Below, one piece after another: positions 15,001 to 21,023 of a DNA stretch of 64,000 bases. The position numbers were made by a program, and so were the translations under genes. The notes below the pieces were generated by a model, which saw only the letters and a program-made list of their open reading frames with translations, ran no database searches and had not been told where the DNA came from. Source of the stretch: Candidatus Omnitrophota bacterium (GTDB lineage: Bacteria > Omnitrophota > Omnitrophia > Omnitrophales > Aquincolibacteriaceae); NCBI GenBank assembly GCA_016930235.1, contig JAFGHI010000038.1, positions 34,211 through 98,210 on the forward strand, read 5' to 3'. Positions within the stretch are counted from its first letter, which is position 1. Every line of letters begins with the position of its first letter.

Positions 15001-17857
15001 CCAAATCGATATCTTCCCGAATCATACGAAGTGGATCTACTAAATTACTCAGTATCTTGTTCGATAAAACCGGCACTTCTTCAACTTGTCTGGCTGACAA
15101 TTTCTGACCCTGTTGAAGCATGTTGAGCTTTTGCTCGATTTCACTTAAGATCTCACCCATACGCCGCCTAATATCTCTCAAGGCGTCACCCCGAACCTCC
15201 AAACCCAGTTCTTTCGCTTCTTTAACCTCAAGCGAAATATTGATAACAAGTTCGTCTATTAACTCTGAATCCAAAAGATATTGAAAACGCCGAAACCATG
15301 ATGGTGCATCCATCCCGAAATGTTTAAGGGCAAATAAAATAGAACGCGAATCATAGAGGCGATTACCCTCCAACGTTAAACCCGTGGCCTCCCACCCAAG
15401 ATTGTTTGAAATTTTTCCCCAATGCTCTCTCATCCAATAATCGCCAAGCACCAGATCAAGGAATGCAAGTTTCTCTTCAATCGTCAAGGCATCCGGATCT
15501 TCCGTATTCTCCAAAAGCGTCATTTCCGAGATAATAAGCTTTAATTTTTTCGCTATCTTAGCCGCCGTCCCTTCAACCTGAAGCGGAGTGAAAGGTTGCC
15601 CACGTTCTGAATCTCCAGGCTTAGAATTTGGTTGCTTACGTAATTCTGAGCGGCTCACGAGCAGATTGGCATCATCGATGCTCACATGAGACAAGAACAT
15701 TTTTCCGCCGTTGATCGTGATCTCCCCCAAATCCTTGCCATACCCTAATAACTGCCGCACTTCCGAGCGGCGGGTTTCTTCCGGTGCCTCAATTGCAGCA
15801 AATCGGCTTCCGGCATTGGGACCGAAGGATGTCACAAACAATTGGCGACCATCCACAGCGGTATGACGAGCACCTTCGGCAAGAAATCTAATAAAGTTTC
15901 CGACTGGCTGCACAAAATCACGATTCGTTTCTTGGAGTCCCCAAGTTGTGCTCAAATGAGATCGGATATCCGATACCGTCTCCGCCATATTTCCATGTCG
16001 AAAAACGCTTTGAATGAATGTAAGGAGGTTAAAAAAGAAAATTTTCGACGCCACGGGGTCCTGAAGTGTCATCCTCAAAGCGGCATTCTCCTGGGTCTTC
16101 GAAAATTCGCTTAGTAATTTCATGGCTTGGCTTTCATCCACCATCATCCTCCAGGCTGTCAATTGATACCTTGGATCATTTAATTCCGTGTTGGGAGGCG
16201 GAAAATAGGACTCCACAAGGACATCTTCAATCGGCATCGGCTTTTGGCTTAAAGCATCGGCATAAAGTGTAGACTCGCGGGCTTCATCTACAGCCCCGGC
16301 AATCCTGGGAGTAATGACAATGTAGGAAATATCCTGCTCCCTCAAATACCGCTCAATTCCCGGGGTATGAAATCCGCCGGCCACCACCGCCGAAATTTTA
16401 TTATTCTCCGCTTCCATTTTTGCCACCGCTTTTTCGATCAGGATCCTATCGCGTGACAAAGCTGCGGAATAGAATCGCTCGACACGCGGCAGGTCCTGAT
16501 CGAGTTTCTCCAACTGGGACGGCAGTCCGTAGGAGAATTGGTATTTCTCTAAAAGCGGTGTTAAAAATCCACGAAATTTCTCGGCTTTAAATTCATCCTT
16601 GTAGCTGAAATAGAAATCGGCATCCTGCTTGGTCATCGTAAAATCAAACATCTTCTCATAGACGTCATAAATCCTCATCAAACGATCCAACCCGCTCTCG
16701 TCTTCTGTCTTTGTGAGTTTATCCTTGATGCCACGCTCCAGAGACTCAATCTCATCAAATATCTCGACTCCGATCGATTCATACAACTGGATATAGCGCA
16801 GGTATTGCAAAACGTTCTCAAATCGTTCTTCCTTAGGACCGTTTTTTTCTTGACCGAATCGCTGAGATACCCCCTTGATTTCGCTCTCCAGGTAACCGTA
16901 ATAGTCTCCTCGTTTCATCTTCTTCATCCGGAATTGGACTGTATTGTTGATAAATTGGGATAATCGATCGCGCGAAATAATGCTCTTTAAATCATCCACA
17001 AGATTTTCAATCTCGTTTTCTGCCTTGGAGAAATCTATCTTATTTTCCAATTCAACAAGTTCTAACAGAGCATGAGTTGAGGGGTAATCGTAGAGAGAAA
17101 GATGTTGGCCTTTTGCGAGATTGACTAAATATCGGACATAACTCGTAAGTTCACGGCCTCCTTGATTAAAAACAATTTTGCGTCGCCTGAGCTCTCGAAG
17201 ATCATCCGAAAATACAAAACGGGACAACTTGTCAAGAATTTGATGCAATTGAGATAGAATTTCTTCGTCAGCTTCCTTAAATTCAAGAGCGGCCAAATAA
17301 GCATCTCGGTTCTGGTCATAGAGATCCTTATCCTCGACACCATAAAGCTTTATTTCAGGTCGTTTCGTTATGGCCAAATATTCAGGACCCGTTAACCGTC
17401 CTTCTCTTAAAAAATAATCGGCGACATTTTTCTTTGCCACGACATCGGGATAAAAGTTGAATATTCCTGTAAATAAATCACCCGTTGCGCCCTCTAAGCT
17501 TATTGTTTTTAATTCATGATGCTCGCTAAAATACTCCAGGATATCCGCTAAATTCCGCTGCGCCTCTTCATTGACATGAGCATCCTGAAGATGAATGACA
17601 AGACGGTCACGAGTTCCCTTGAAGCTTGATTTGATCTTCCCCATGGATTCCGGCAGTTGGATAGCGTCCAGTTTAAGCCGTGAAGAATTTGAAAGGATAC
17701 TTTCTAAGTTGTAAGGCGACTTATTTTTTTGAAGGACTGAATTGAGGATATTGACATCACCCGCCCAGATAGTCGAGGTATACGTAAAAACCAGGGCAGT
17801 TAACAAGGCTACAGTGCGAAGCCACAACCTCGCGCTCGGTTTCTGCCATTCTAACAT
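1..17857 (-). CDS. Giant ORF, 5' end at the ATG at 17857 and 3' end beyond the window start, so at least 5,952 codons are in the window. The predicted protein has a signal/TM-like N-terminus (MLEWQKPSARLWLRTVALLTALVFTYTSTIWA) and internal hydrophobic islands; the rest is charged and helical with no family I recognise.
   Basis: No ORF longer than 182 aa appears in any of the six frames of the supplied track across 17.8 kb. I translated the minus strand by hand from the ATG at 17857 and found no stop down to position 1. An in-frame TAA lies just upstream at 17882-17884. The frame arithmetic is 17857-2+1=17856 nt, i.e. 5952 codons, and local frame checks at about 10030 and about 5005 agree with the same frame. 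The translation reads as protein throughout. Confidence 0.8.
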   Translation of the reverse strand, partial: MLEWQKPSARLWLRTVALLTALVFTYTSTIWAGDVNILNSVLQKNKSPYNLESILSNSSRLKLDAIQLPESMGKIKSSFKGTRDRLVIHLQDAHVNEEAQRNLADILEYFSEHHELKTISLEGATGDLFTGIFNFYPDVVAKKNVADYFLREGRLTGPEYLAITKRPEIKLYGVEDKDLYDQNRDAYLAALEFKEADEEILSQLHQILDKLSRFVFSDDLRELRRRKIVFNQGGRELTSYVRYLVNLAKGQHLSLYDYPSTHALLELVELENKIDFSKAENEIENLVDDLKSIISRDRLSQFINNTVQFRMKKMKRGDYYGYLESEIKGVSQRFGQEKNGPKEERFENVLQYLRYIQLYESIGVEIFDEIESLERGIKDKLTKTEDESGLDRLMRIYDVYEKMFDFTMTKQDADFYFSYKDEFKAEKFRGFLTPLLEKYQFSYGLPSQLEKLDQDLPRVERFYSAALSRDRILIEKAVAKMEAENNKISAVVAGGFHTPGIERYLREQDISYIVITPRIAGAVDEARESTLYADALSQKPMPIEDVLVESYFPPPNTELNDPRYQLTAWRMMVDESQAMKLLSEFSKTQENAALRMTLQDPVASKIFFFNLLTFIQSVFRHGNMAETVSDIRSHLSTTWGLQETNRDFVQPVGNFIRFLAEGARHTAVDGRQLFVTSFGPNAGSRFAAIEAPEETRRSEVRQLLGYGKDLGEITINGGKMFLSHVSIDDANLLVSRSELRKQPNSKPGDSERGQPFTPLQVEGTAAKIAKKLKLIISEMTLLENTEDPDALTIEEKLAFLDLVLGDYWMREHWGKISNNLGWEATGLTLEGNRLYDSRSILFALKHFGMDAPSWFRRFQYLLDSELIDELVINISLEVKEAKELGLEVRGDALRDIRRRMGEILSEIEQKLNMLQQGQKLSARQVEEVPVLSNKILSNLVDPLRMIREDIDLVLSDLEVVSVRREQPEEISSEPQPEEVSSELQPEEILSIEGFEIPTMRESPLSEEDVAQYPMTLQGAIRKILARRLRSQVTGLPIVSSFSVDVPAKKIFKRIQKEFGFNQSDLVTLSQVTGLSLDASIEQWRYVLHQLIKAREAYYVQQDLQRKPEKKYGIWADKIISPFWRPMRWVLLAGPKLLDQFFYSFYRRKLKFHWLRYLKGSLFGRDFGFLEVDELPRGLAAETLAGAMIAATKPNFGRSFLDWQQGTLVERGVYHIFLRHQPVVSVLNQVQYGQHVLGYSYRILDKLLLQPFLIPTIQFIQKRWKMALFSAIGMGLITILMPAGLAGVNLLGGYAPFLLGLTEKVPVLGITVAAFVNAFTLSSFSNTALLSFMLTIPNFSARFTKMRLDQTIVSQLSKLKSNIQSLDYVSLREIVEGVVASESLEAGEKIEFIQEIEALLPHIRYTADPQREYLESLLQQELQKLRSQPLEQTPARAPPSIQAPSLFQQKIVAPLMGILRSLRSFAFYRAYISSVCGMLIVGAEIALLAGGEAPGQMGLSQLIDKGLSKAVSLIREKPVDITFFSHPVVFAERRAMNWGHWLLGKAEELTGLDVSGTVMRMTARVMGVAGLHTQAGDLALSGWSSRDVQDFQHAQRVLAEHQQSPKWEGWDGTDVARLLTDIGEGKVDVQSFRDQEHERLQLLLMVADTEYRIDKKDAQGYDVAGLRDALNQVEAQIQRPELTLRGEEARRVFQGMAYAIDGLQKKVTEPSVPETPEIEPVEPTGPQLPTFREYLDSLFRGPQTDVDQPPQEPQVPEEPVSTPDMPRKPLPLIPDAAEIERQRIARDFAEGRPKEGPHVVKLEDYAVSASQGFEFLLTEDPQRAADYADDLWNIVFPSGAEPQDEVTRERIERYQTLGKNEEERVEEQKAIRELNLIIFTRRLMANMGLPPHQEISEEHQDLIEYRLLQIIQRYNPGAIEKYRDRYEALGREVQSMGSEVLQPALIAPLKPMESEAPFEIRSVIQGGGMVALGAGMVRPRGPDDTFVQEFMESLGTSQARVIEDIIYEGEVGKAKLRYEEVLQRRFQLTLQINWAISDMFMGRTPRGEWVGIRRAVQEDVPPAFHGKYLADFLNDIQIVTGPPIDTGGIEGPEGVSPDAVQSSIQNAIALVNVIEEANRNFETLGLEVPWMEDVQTRFQQAVREGDETGLNRLVNQVVLAGHAYAQLAPSLVLYLRAKEVGFEINQGHLERLLGQIGEQVQIVGGMDEKQLSAPLNLVEGLIVAFENDITYYEEARAAFLKIEDLLKEGGLLSRRTELVKRFETYRKAVESYDGTPGRLEELRKARDIFDHQRRYTEYEIRIDRLPTVSDEIRGLLNDYAKAIDAGEGYDEIQANLEASLGIYRSEEMIKQIGLAAERYNFEDAEILLALDRPLAVVLSEAPTAQELERLQQLPNEIGIAVLYGEVLVFSSGNESAVEIETYGPVRQLLEKASLSIHTHPASIEVQGPSAFDIEESGQTNEYVLTSEVGENGTAVHHAYRYNAEGNRGEVELQEVIDSIENAIMLDVANPSRPDLETVYKDIVLKFIADMEKLDRLWDELKADYRLGNPAVVYSMWLNYFASGRGDFYFDDVTGDVFFRFNPSAQTQVFSTLLNSGFDAFRAQFNIEQDLGFDTTQPNGRALDAIFGNSAGLIRYLDHISKGELEINVTSGEIILRPSGGDVVNATEQLQNMADLVADIFEDPQIRSSIGLVLDPSTGQLEITSQTLRRIFGDFGIGTLQLPSGYQFQGGFLGFLEGYLLAGNGIYEKETNRLIYPGGNEINLAERVQSLIDLVESPAFRHILQISYNDQDLQWVSGLEEVNQIISDGSILSIVNMMLPGASTFDEMTGEIRFSSNTVVNASERLSDLVGILVGDFRDALGVTFENGKFQSSNVGIQAILNEFPGGFGSLLGYMVTGDLQTTADGDVLVTKAIGNLSFTYNLMDAAHGFAAMMQDPRTIEFLGIDPETATFDPSNPNASYFLNENVPSMITLVNRMGLREARVGRDIEERDGERFLVAETYNVMQTFENIGSLLSDPDVQDALGLKVDPITGGIQIDPASDSSIRQYFENADLRVVDFTIFLAERVRTNEQGEKVVPILNEKGYAIREISIGDYAEGISRLMEIPLLAEVIQEGLTEERIADLEQRRAERGPGVVVGGVEAEPISSREVIDNLVFLTSEQAFLTLAENELFNTILYKNEELQGLLLFYADSVVLRGNETYLKFPEREAVHAGTFFNLVDGLLNSRFRELVGASSETEFYDFLTSDEDFMRQANGLLTTLALDHAEIAKMLRDVGVSSSKANVIALVNQMVKIKDKVNDMRARANESGLNIFNSKEFAILQAIAAESMVDGVDVEDVLYEPILQIALVGRILIFDTNQSRTEKQLKIQQDIERLLGQVKRNVERDFIDGLREMQALKVRIQDLEAKREDLNSQLKQYQAAVTDEALDRLLAGRISRERANFFRQQLEILDDEIMVQEHRAQNLRRHLDMLYDGDLDKILDNGAATALEGLKTMWRAAGLDGKLMAEIKTIQRRLDRAEAGLDRSILGGLVEFQAVIDFFVDITRLTEMNTYGTIFRLEPVIRAKIGKRLYDENQIRIREWMTARIEMERAIQRFSDEAVKNDRMLTDAGGILKLQEAALEKAASRREEVLGDPVAQPQKRLDVINQYFRILDDYRRTETEIIQRELTQTAYKRAQDEGLLKVRTAGAGQEGSIEVTVDSLSAMAKANHVLKPLHERLATAQQRYRNEANFINAFLRGIELDASIGGVFNLTKSTESSLSHFFDEGILTWSLVLSIVVYDPARPARVERLRLGVEEASLRFEDADDLMNLNIAEHFVRIGEIQNVIRQVRRDVDVIGEQIRTARDSDERQSLGISLAEKEYQLERLIADRKGMEVDLKSFIGLNPDAKFARDETTGEIDVDAALAFDATTVLQAYSQYFEFNEAGEVTGLKVEGEEALNRVGALLEDLEIQIQKSRRITIEEKDHLLQGLYQMRKVYRDAIVEQPSAEIYEINREVERIKKIKDEGRQIQEFALLAQKYPDNVYIRQHQFVQHVGIAYNANLTTPEGLNLAREHLNQAKLVVTGLFEIGTEEAREVAQEFLDQWTQHSREERTARLELAKRFRSDGLRQAEQGYYSEALRLLDDAIEVQASLDLFKQSGNIWLDYLQVEANRTTENLLRAKASITRSLDADLAEQFSPMNRAFVQKRLQDIHERSYLSTADYESAVVELRGLFQLADSPYGKVQVGAELARMQNEWARVLVTIRDKVDFRDVMDFLFQWDYEKRSDYLRTESAEENLNVAQSVIANTRQIAVSRIQQLEKNLQPVLQVQAQSISDLLELQESMDEKQLGQLYELAGLKDLVLQLNRSEEGWLESYRMLRKMVVSSENEEVGLAETLEAQRIVLEDRLEKMQRRGLRSMTAEDLGALYRGYQQLLVASEGEAQEKARQNLTVVENVMFEKIYSELGLTPRDGLEQALDVIRLKESDSDWRMRDFEKFNRNILGGLKPYLEMNWDFIQISNEAHWRLAELMITRGLTKDQDFQNVLSVINEVRYVNDDARGRADILRIQALQENFSYMEEKKADPSEMREIVLQIERLLDHIPDAFSNHAKVEAAKKAVKRYDTTVDSLIAKRREQEEIANVQKTVEQVETLRASGQEIQAVMDQASRASTDKAAVGILSRGLKQYPQSDALQGALMERARSLEGEGEYEDALSTARLVLTKNPSHREADQVRDRILEMMIRNKIGAINNRIQEDADARVDDLLDDVRKLTEEDGVMSLEAGVKTPDFILRLLMTLDVLRQEYARADGEKFNAKQRKIREVFEELNHILSGDVYPFAQSDLLLLQAQMLQARISEVKAGEPWKIKFGFDNWMNSSMHGVSGLGFLFGFDIPENIKAEILKFIPLINELSGANRYLQDRRNQIRLLENEVDQFFLQLDRQRAVQHQQQRLIQNLYETTYAQYRLAEEFLGVQQDEVDRLEDLFVLGSVRTADVTRAKNAVLQTLDDMAASGYRLAFLKARMAKLGMESSLDLEQRVERDFQPRDSVNAARARGDLDGFYALVKGRLRNEHARIVHASVSNIEGYQRGLELPFSTYTEAEVFARRSGGLPQLALTERGEHVRPSLKLSIPLLNASFFKTAERQAIQVEQEIGIEQEAVVKGHREQVLTAYARYGIAKAVYELLSTRDQQAQSLLDTVELASSLQQWGYDGVYFGRMNLRRAENELIRSARDLENALEGLHDLLSQAGLPVDVNAFVPREFHSIELGDDLLERLVQEGKGEWDRDTMARLIQERLARIKIADEALVYQKWVPNIDLNIEAPHPVTGDVRFGISLIWQIFGHGIDQRRGILRITEEQLNAQGAQVRMQVQAELETLLADLKHARQRMTTLQQRSVSENLEAEVNNLQEKLLAQKISAFDIQNIINSTFDLDVRYRAAMVDYLVAYARFMRRLETLGVEIPEQLRPSLYRDRQAEETPFMKEMKRVASRKLTAEGIGEPALRTLEELPQESQSRLAEIKARESDIREKVVVGAPTTAFANLTDVLQYGEGRNTFQSLAPLDSLGLKLFESNLFHSYLWEPGRLLYEMAKDVSAGMEGADTAERELMSLLEEGSPFEGQVTEQKTDQILPEVRDVLGIQYPRVYDEAKGVVQKQLETIQLEAAQAASELEGKTDAESIAELARLNQILGIRLDEGTYYGYWYVWTTLALQKIPHLAQGLLTGSVDVEGELKPRLNKDFFLQNVNDVEKMVFDVRTQSFVGVVNYSGVSTRDREEAVYELTESVNQVREALGLERGHIDEPEMQYIVAAHDSVRRSREQYFDYDDYKGYLELIHLVLAEGRRNPSEPGTIQNYYGDFLAKDSNGRYDIPLEEIAEREGFAMLGQSMLDVLDWREDLGLLDSVLDTAKDQAVRQTNRAKAVGEGLIREDATLDEIRTEANQLRAQLESAVQVVDRLERDFRTSIMMGGVSFWTEHVLNQMKQEYD
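14903..14965 (-). repeat. In-frame tandem repeat of roughly 27 nt (about 2.3 copies) inside the giant ORF. It encodes an acidic Pro/Glu/Ser-rich peptide repeat (..EEISSEPQPEEVSSELQPEEILS..).
   Basis: I see directly that ggttgaagctcgctagaaacttcttca is followed by ggttgaggctcgctagaaatttcttcg and then ggttgctcacg... Confidence 0.6.
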
Positions 17858-18272
17858 TTGAGTTTGCCGTCCCTTGGAATGTTAAAATCGAACTCTACTG
17901 CTCAGAAACAAATACGATATATTGCTTATATAATACTTTTTAAAATGTTAATAAAGTATACACTACAAGTGATATTCCGTCAATTGAAAGAGCCGGATAG
18001 ATGTGATTACATCTTCTTTGATAGCAGCATGTTACGTAGGCATCTGATAAATATTACATATTCTTATAATTGAATTCCTTTTTCTTTCAAAATGAAGCGT
18101 CTTCAGGAGTTAGATAGAAAATACCATTTTGCCTTTTCGATGTCTCTAGTGGGTTAAGACAGTGCACTGGGTCGAGCTAGTTTACGCGATTTTTTATGGG
18201 AAGTCTCTCTAGAGCGAACCATCTACCTATTTCGGGTTAACTTTGGTTCATTTTTCCCAGCGTTGGGAAAAA

Positions 18273-18346
18273 TGGAGCGGGATACGGGAATCGAACCCGT
18301 CTAACCGGCTTGGGAAGCCGGGACATTACCACTATGCTAATCCCGC
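18273..18346 (-). tRNA. tRNA-Gly (anticodon CCC), with the CCA end encoded.
   Basis: The reverse complement reads GCGGGATTAGCATAGTGGTAATGTCCCGGCTTCCCAAGCCGGTTAGACGGGTTCGATTCCCGTATCCCGCTCCA. The anticodon stem is CCGGC/GCCGG around a TTCCCAA loop, and a T-arm GGTTCGATTCC is present. Confidence 0.85.
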
Positions 18347-18494
18347 ATCAAGGCAGTTTAAAGCGATAAGCCGTAAGCTATAAGAAAAACCAGCAATTTG
18401 CAATCATAAAAACGATACATGCGAATCTCTTATTGAAGTCATTTCTTCCTTTGAACCACTATATTTTATTTTATTCTTACAGCTTATCACTGAC

Positions 18495-19463
18495 TTAAAG
18501 ACTGATCAATTTTTTGAAAAGATCAAACCTTTCATCAATCTCTTTTCGCTTGATCTTTCTTAACCGATCCAACCCAAAATCCTCAACGGCATAAGAGGCC
18601 ACAATAGAACCATATCCCAATGCTTTTTTCAGCGTTTCAAATGACGAATCTTTTGATTGGGTCAGATATCCCATCATGCCACCCGCGAAGGAATCCCCCG
18701 CCCCCGTGGGATCAAAAACGCTTTCCAGGGGGTAGGCCGGCAAGGTAAAATATTTCTGTCCATACTGCAGCAAAACTCCGTGCTCCCCTTTCTTAATGAC
18801 GACTATGCCCGGTCCCCACTCCTGAACCTTCTTCGCCGCACGGATGAGATTCGGTTCGCCCGTCAACTGCCGGGCTTCTCCGTCATTCATCACAAAGCAA
18901 TCGACCCGTTTGAGCACCTCGATGAGATCCTGTCTTTTATTTTGGATCCAATAATTCATCGTATCGCATGCCACAAACTTCAATTTGGGCTTTTCCATTT
19001 GCTTGAGGACGCTCAGCTGAAGGACCGGATCGATATTTGCTAAAAATAAAAATCCCGGTTTTTCTTCAAACTGAATTCTAGGTTGGAAATCCATGAGCAC
19101 ATTCAAATGAGTTTCCAGTGTCTGCGCCGTATTCAGATCGTGTTCATATTTCCCCTTCCAGGCGAACGTCTTACCTCCCCGGATGACCTCAAGATGACTC
19201 AAATCAACCGATTTCTCCTTTAAAATTTCTCGATACTCCTCGGGGAAATCCTCTCCAACAACAGCGACCAAGGATACCGGCGTAAAAAAACTCGCTGCAT
19301 AGGAGAAATAAGATGCCGAGCCTCCAAAGACACGGTCCCTTTGCCCGAATGGCGTTTCCACTTGATCGATTGCAACGGTTCCAACAACCGCCAGCGGCGC
19401 TGATTTTGTCCCCTTATTTTCCATAGTTTTCGATCTTGCTCCGTAATCGTTTTGTCGATTCAT
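18495..19463 (-). CDS. PfkB/ribokinase-family carbohydrate kinase. Given the neighbouring heptose genes it could be an HldA-like heptose-7-phosphate kinase.
   Basis: It carries the DPTGAGDSFAGG motif typical of PfkB kinases. The true start may be the internal M of MENKGTKSAPLAVVG (about 19424). Confidence 0.7.
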   Translation of the reverse strand: MNRQNDYGARSKTMENKGTKSAPLAVVGTVAIDQVETPFGQRDRVFGGSASYFSYAASFFTPVSLVAVVGEDFPEEYREILKEKSVDLSHLEVIRGGKTFAWKGKYEHDLNTAQTLETHLNVLMDFQPRIQFEEKPGFLFLANIDPVLQLSVLKQMEKPKLKFVACDTMNYWIQNKRQDLIEVLKRVDCFVMNDGEARQLTGEPNLIRAAKKVQEWGPGIVVIKKGEHGVLLQYGQKYFTLPAYPLESVFDPTGAGDSFAGGMMGYLTQSKDSSFETLKKALGYGSIVASYAVEDFGLDRLRKIKRKEIDERFDLFKKLISL

Positions 19464-20073
19464 AAACCTCCCCCGATGAGAAAATGGCTCTTACAACCGC
19501 TACCTTCTTTGCACCAGCTTCTAAAACCTCTTCCACATTCGACTCATCAATACCCCCGATCGCGACAAATGGGATTTGAACTGCTCTTGCAACCTCTTGA
19601 ACGAGCTTGAGTCCAATCGCTTTGACCCGTGGTTTCGTCGGCGTTTGAAAGACAGGGCCAATACCGATATAATCCGCTCCTTCTTTTTCTGCTCGGGTTG
19701 CTTCCGGAAGCGAATGGGTCGAGCGGCCGATCCATATTGTTCTTCCATTCTCCCGAGCTAAACCGCGAATCACACCGATCGGTAAATCGTTTTGCCCCGT
19801 ATGAACACCGTCGGCCTTGCAGGCAAAAGCCAAATCGACACGGTCGTTCACAAAGAAAAGTTTGCGATGCCGGCCTGCTAAATCCCGGATCTTCAAACCT
19901 ATTTGATAAAAAAAAGAATCCGACGCTCTCTTCGATCTTAACTGAAGGATGTCCGCCCCGCCTTGGTAAGCTTGATCAGCCTTCTCAAGGATGGCAGCGT
20001 CGCCATCTTCAAAATCCGTCACCGCCATGAGCTTAAAATTATGCAAAAGATCTTTTTTCCAGCTCATAAACAC
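19414..20073 (-). CDS. thiE: Thiamine-phosphate synthase.
   Basis: The TIM-barrel ThiE pattern is present (LMAVTD..., GADYIGIGPVFQTPTK, VAIGGI). The start is possibly the internal M at about 20028. Confidence 0.8.
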   Translation of the reverse strand: MFMSWKKDLLHNFKLMAVTDFEDGDAAILEKADQAYQGGADILQLRSKRASDSFFYQIGLKIRDLAGRHRKLFFVNDRVDLAFACKADGVHTGQNDLPIGVIRGLARENGRTIWIGRSTHSLPEATRAEKEGADYIGIGPVFQTPTKPRVKAIGLKLVQEVARAVQIPFVAIGGIDESNVEEVLEAGAKKVAVVRAIFSSGEVYESTKRLRSKIENYGK

Positions 20074-20461
20074 GGAATCTCAACCGTTGGAACTTCGGAC
20101 TTTGGCGGGGCATAACAGATTTGGTTACTTCTTCCAAAACTCGCAGGGCCTCTTGAGATCGTTTAAGATTGGAGGTCATTAAATCTTGCCATTCCGGATT
20201 CTTTTTTCCGTCCTGAATCCAGCCATCTCGACCCACATCTTTCTCGGAATCCCTCACATCGAGCATCTTTCGGTAGGTAATCGGTAACTCCAGGATCAGT
20301 TCCGTCAGGTCGTGACGGCATTTTTTAAAAGAGGCCGTCAACTTTTCGTCCTTGAGTGCAAAACGCGCAAAATCTTCCGAAACCCTCAAGGCCTCTTTTG
20401 CCCGATTAAAGTTAGCATCGATGATCCGGATAAAAATATCGAGCCTTGATAGATCGGACAT
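20039..20461 (-). CDS. Hypothetical helical protein of 140 aa.
   Basis: It is an ORF in the same operon orientation between hldE-II and thiE. I recognise no motifs. Confidence 0.45.
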   Translation of the reverse strand: MSDLSRLDIFIRIIDANFNRAKEALRVSEDFARFALKDEKLTASFKKCRHDLTELILELPITYRKMLDVRDSEKDVGRDGWIQDGKKNPEWQDLMTSNLKRSQEALRVLEEVTKSVMPRQSPKFQRLRFRVYELEKRSFA

Positions 20462-20463
20462 AT

Positions 20464-21015
20464 CTAGGACAGATGCTTTATCTTTTTGATGATTTGCGTG
20501 GTTGAATGACCTTTGACGAGCGGAATTCTTTTAACCTGGCCTCTCCAAGACTCAACCTCCTTGGCTCCCGCAATCTGGCTCTTTTTCCAATCCGCACCTT
20601 TCACAAGGACATGCGGCCTTAAATCCTGTATCAAACAAATGGGGGTCGGGTCACTGAAGAGCGTTACGTAATCAACACACGACAGAGCCGCCAAGACATC
20701 GAGACGATCCTTCTCAGGATTAAGGGGCCTCCCGGGACTCTTGTAGGACCTCACCGAAGCATCTGAATTGACGCCGACAATCAGAATATCCCCGTAGCAT
20801 TTAGCCTTTTCCAAGTAAGTCACATGTCCAAGGTGGAGAAGATCGAAAGTCCCGTTGGTGAAAACAATTCTCTTCTTCTTGGTCCGCAATGCCTTGCCGA
20901 GTGATTTTAACTTAGATTTTTTGATGATTTTATATCGATTCATGACGTCTTTCCTTGAAAAAATGGCGGGCACATGTTGAAGAGGCTTGCCCTCCCCGTT
21001 TCTGTGCCCAAACAC
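20464..21015 (-). CDS. D-glycero-beta-D-manno-heptose 1-phosphate adenylyltransferase (HldE domain II / RfaE2-like cytidylyltransferase).
   Basis: It has the FTNGTFDLLHLGHVTYLEKAK nucleotidyltransferase motif (HxGH). The likely start is the internal MNRYKII at about 20943. Confidence 0.75.
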   Translation of the reverse strand: MFGHRNGEGKPLQHVPAIFSRKDVMNRYKIIKKSKLKSLGKALRTKKKRIVFTNGTFDLLHLGHVTYLEKAKCYGDILIVGVNSDASVRSYKSPGRPLNPEKDRLDVLAALSCVDYVTLFSDPTPICLIQDLRPHVLVKGADWKKSQIAGAKEVESWRGQVKRIPLVKGHSTTQIIKKIKHLS

Positions 21016-21023
21016 TAACCATT

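Noticed and set aside
220-17343. Many plus-strand and alternative-frame ORFs of 60-182 aa inside the first 17.8 kb (e.g. 2930..3448, 10516..10962, 10985..11533, 12161..12547).
   Set aside because: All lie within or antisense to the single giant minus-strand frame. They have low-complexity or odd composition and no RBS context, so they are shadow ORFs.
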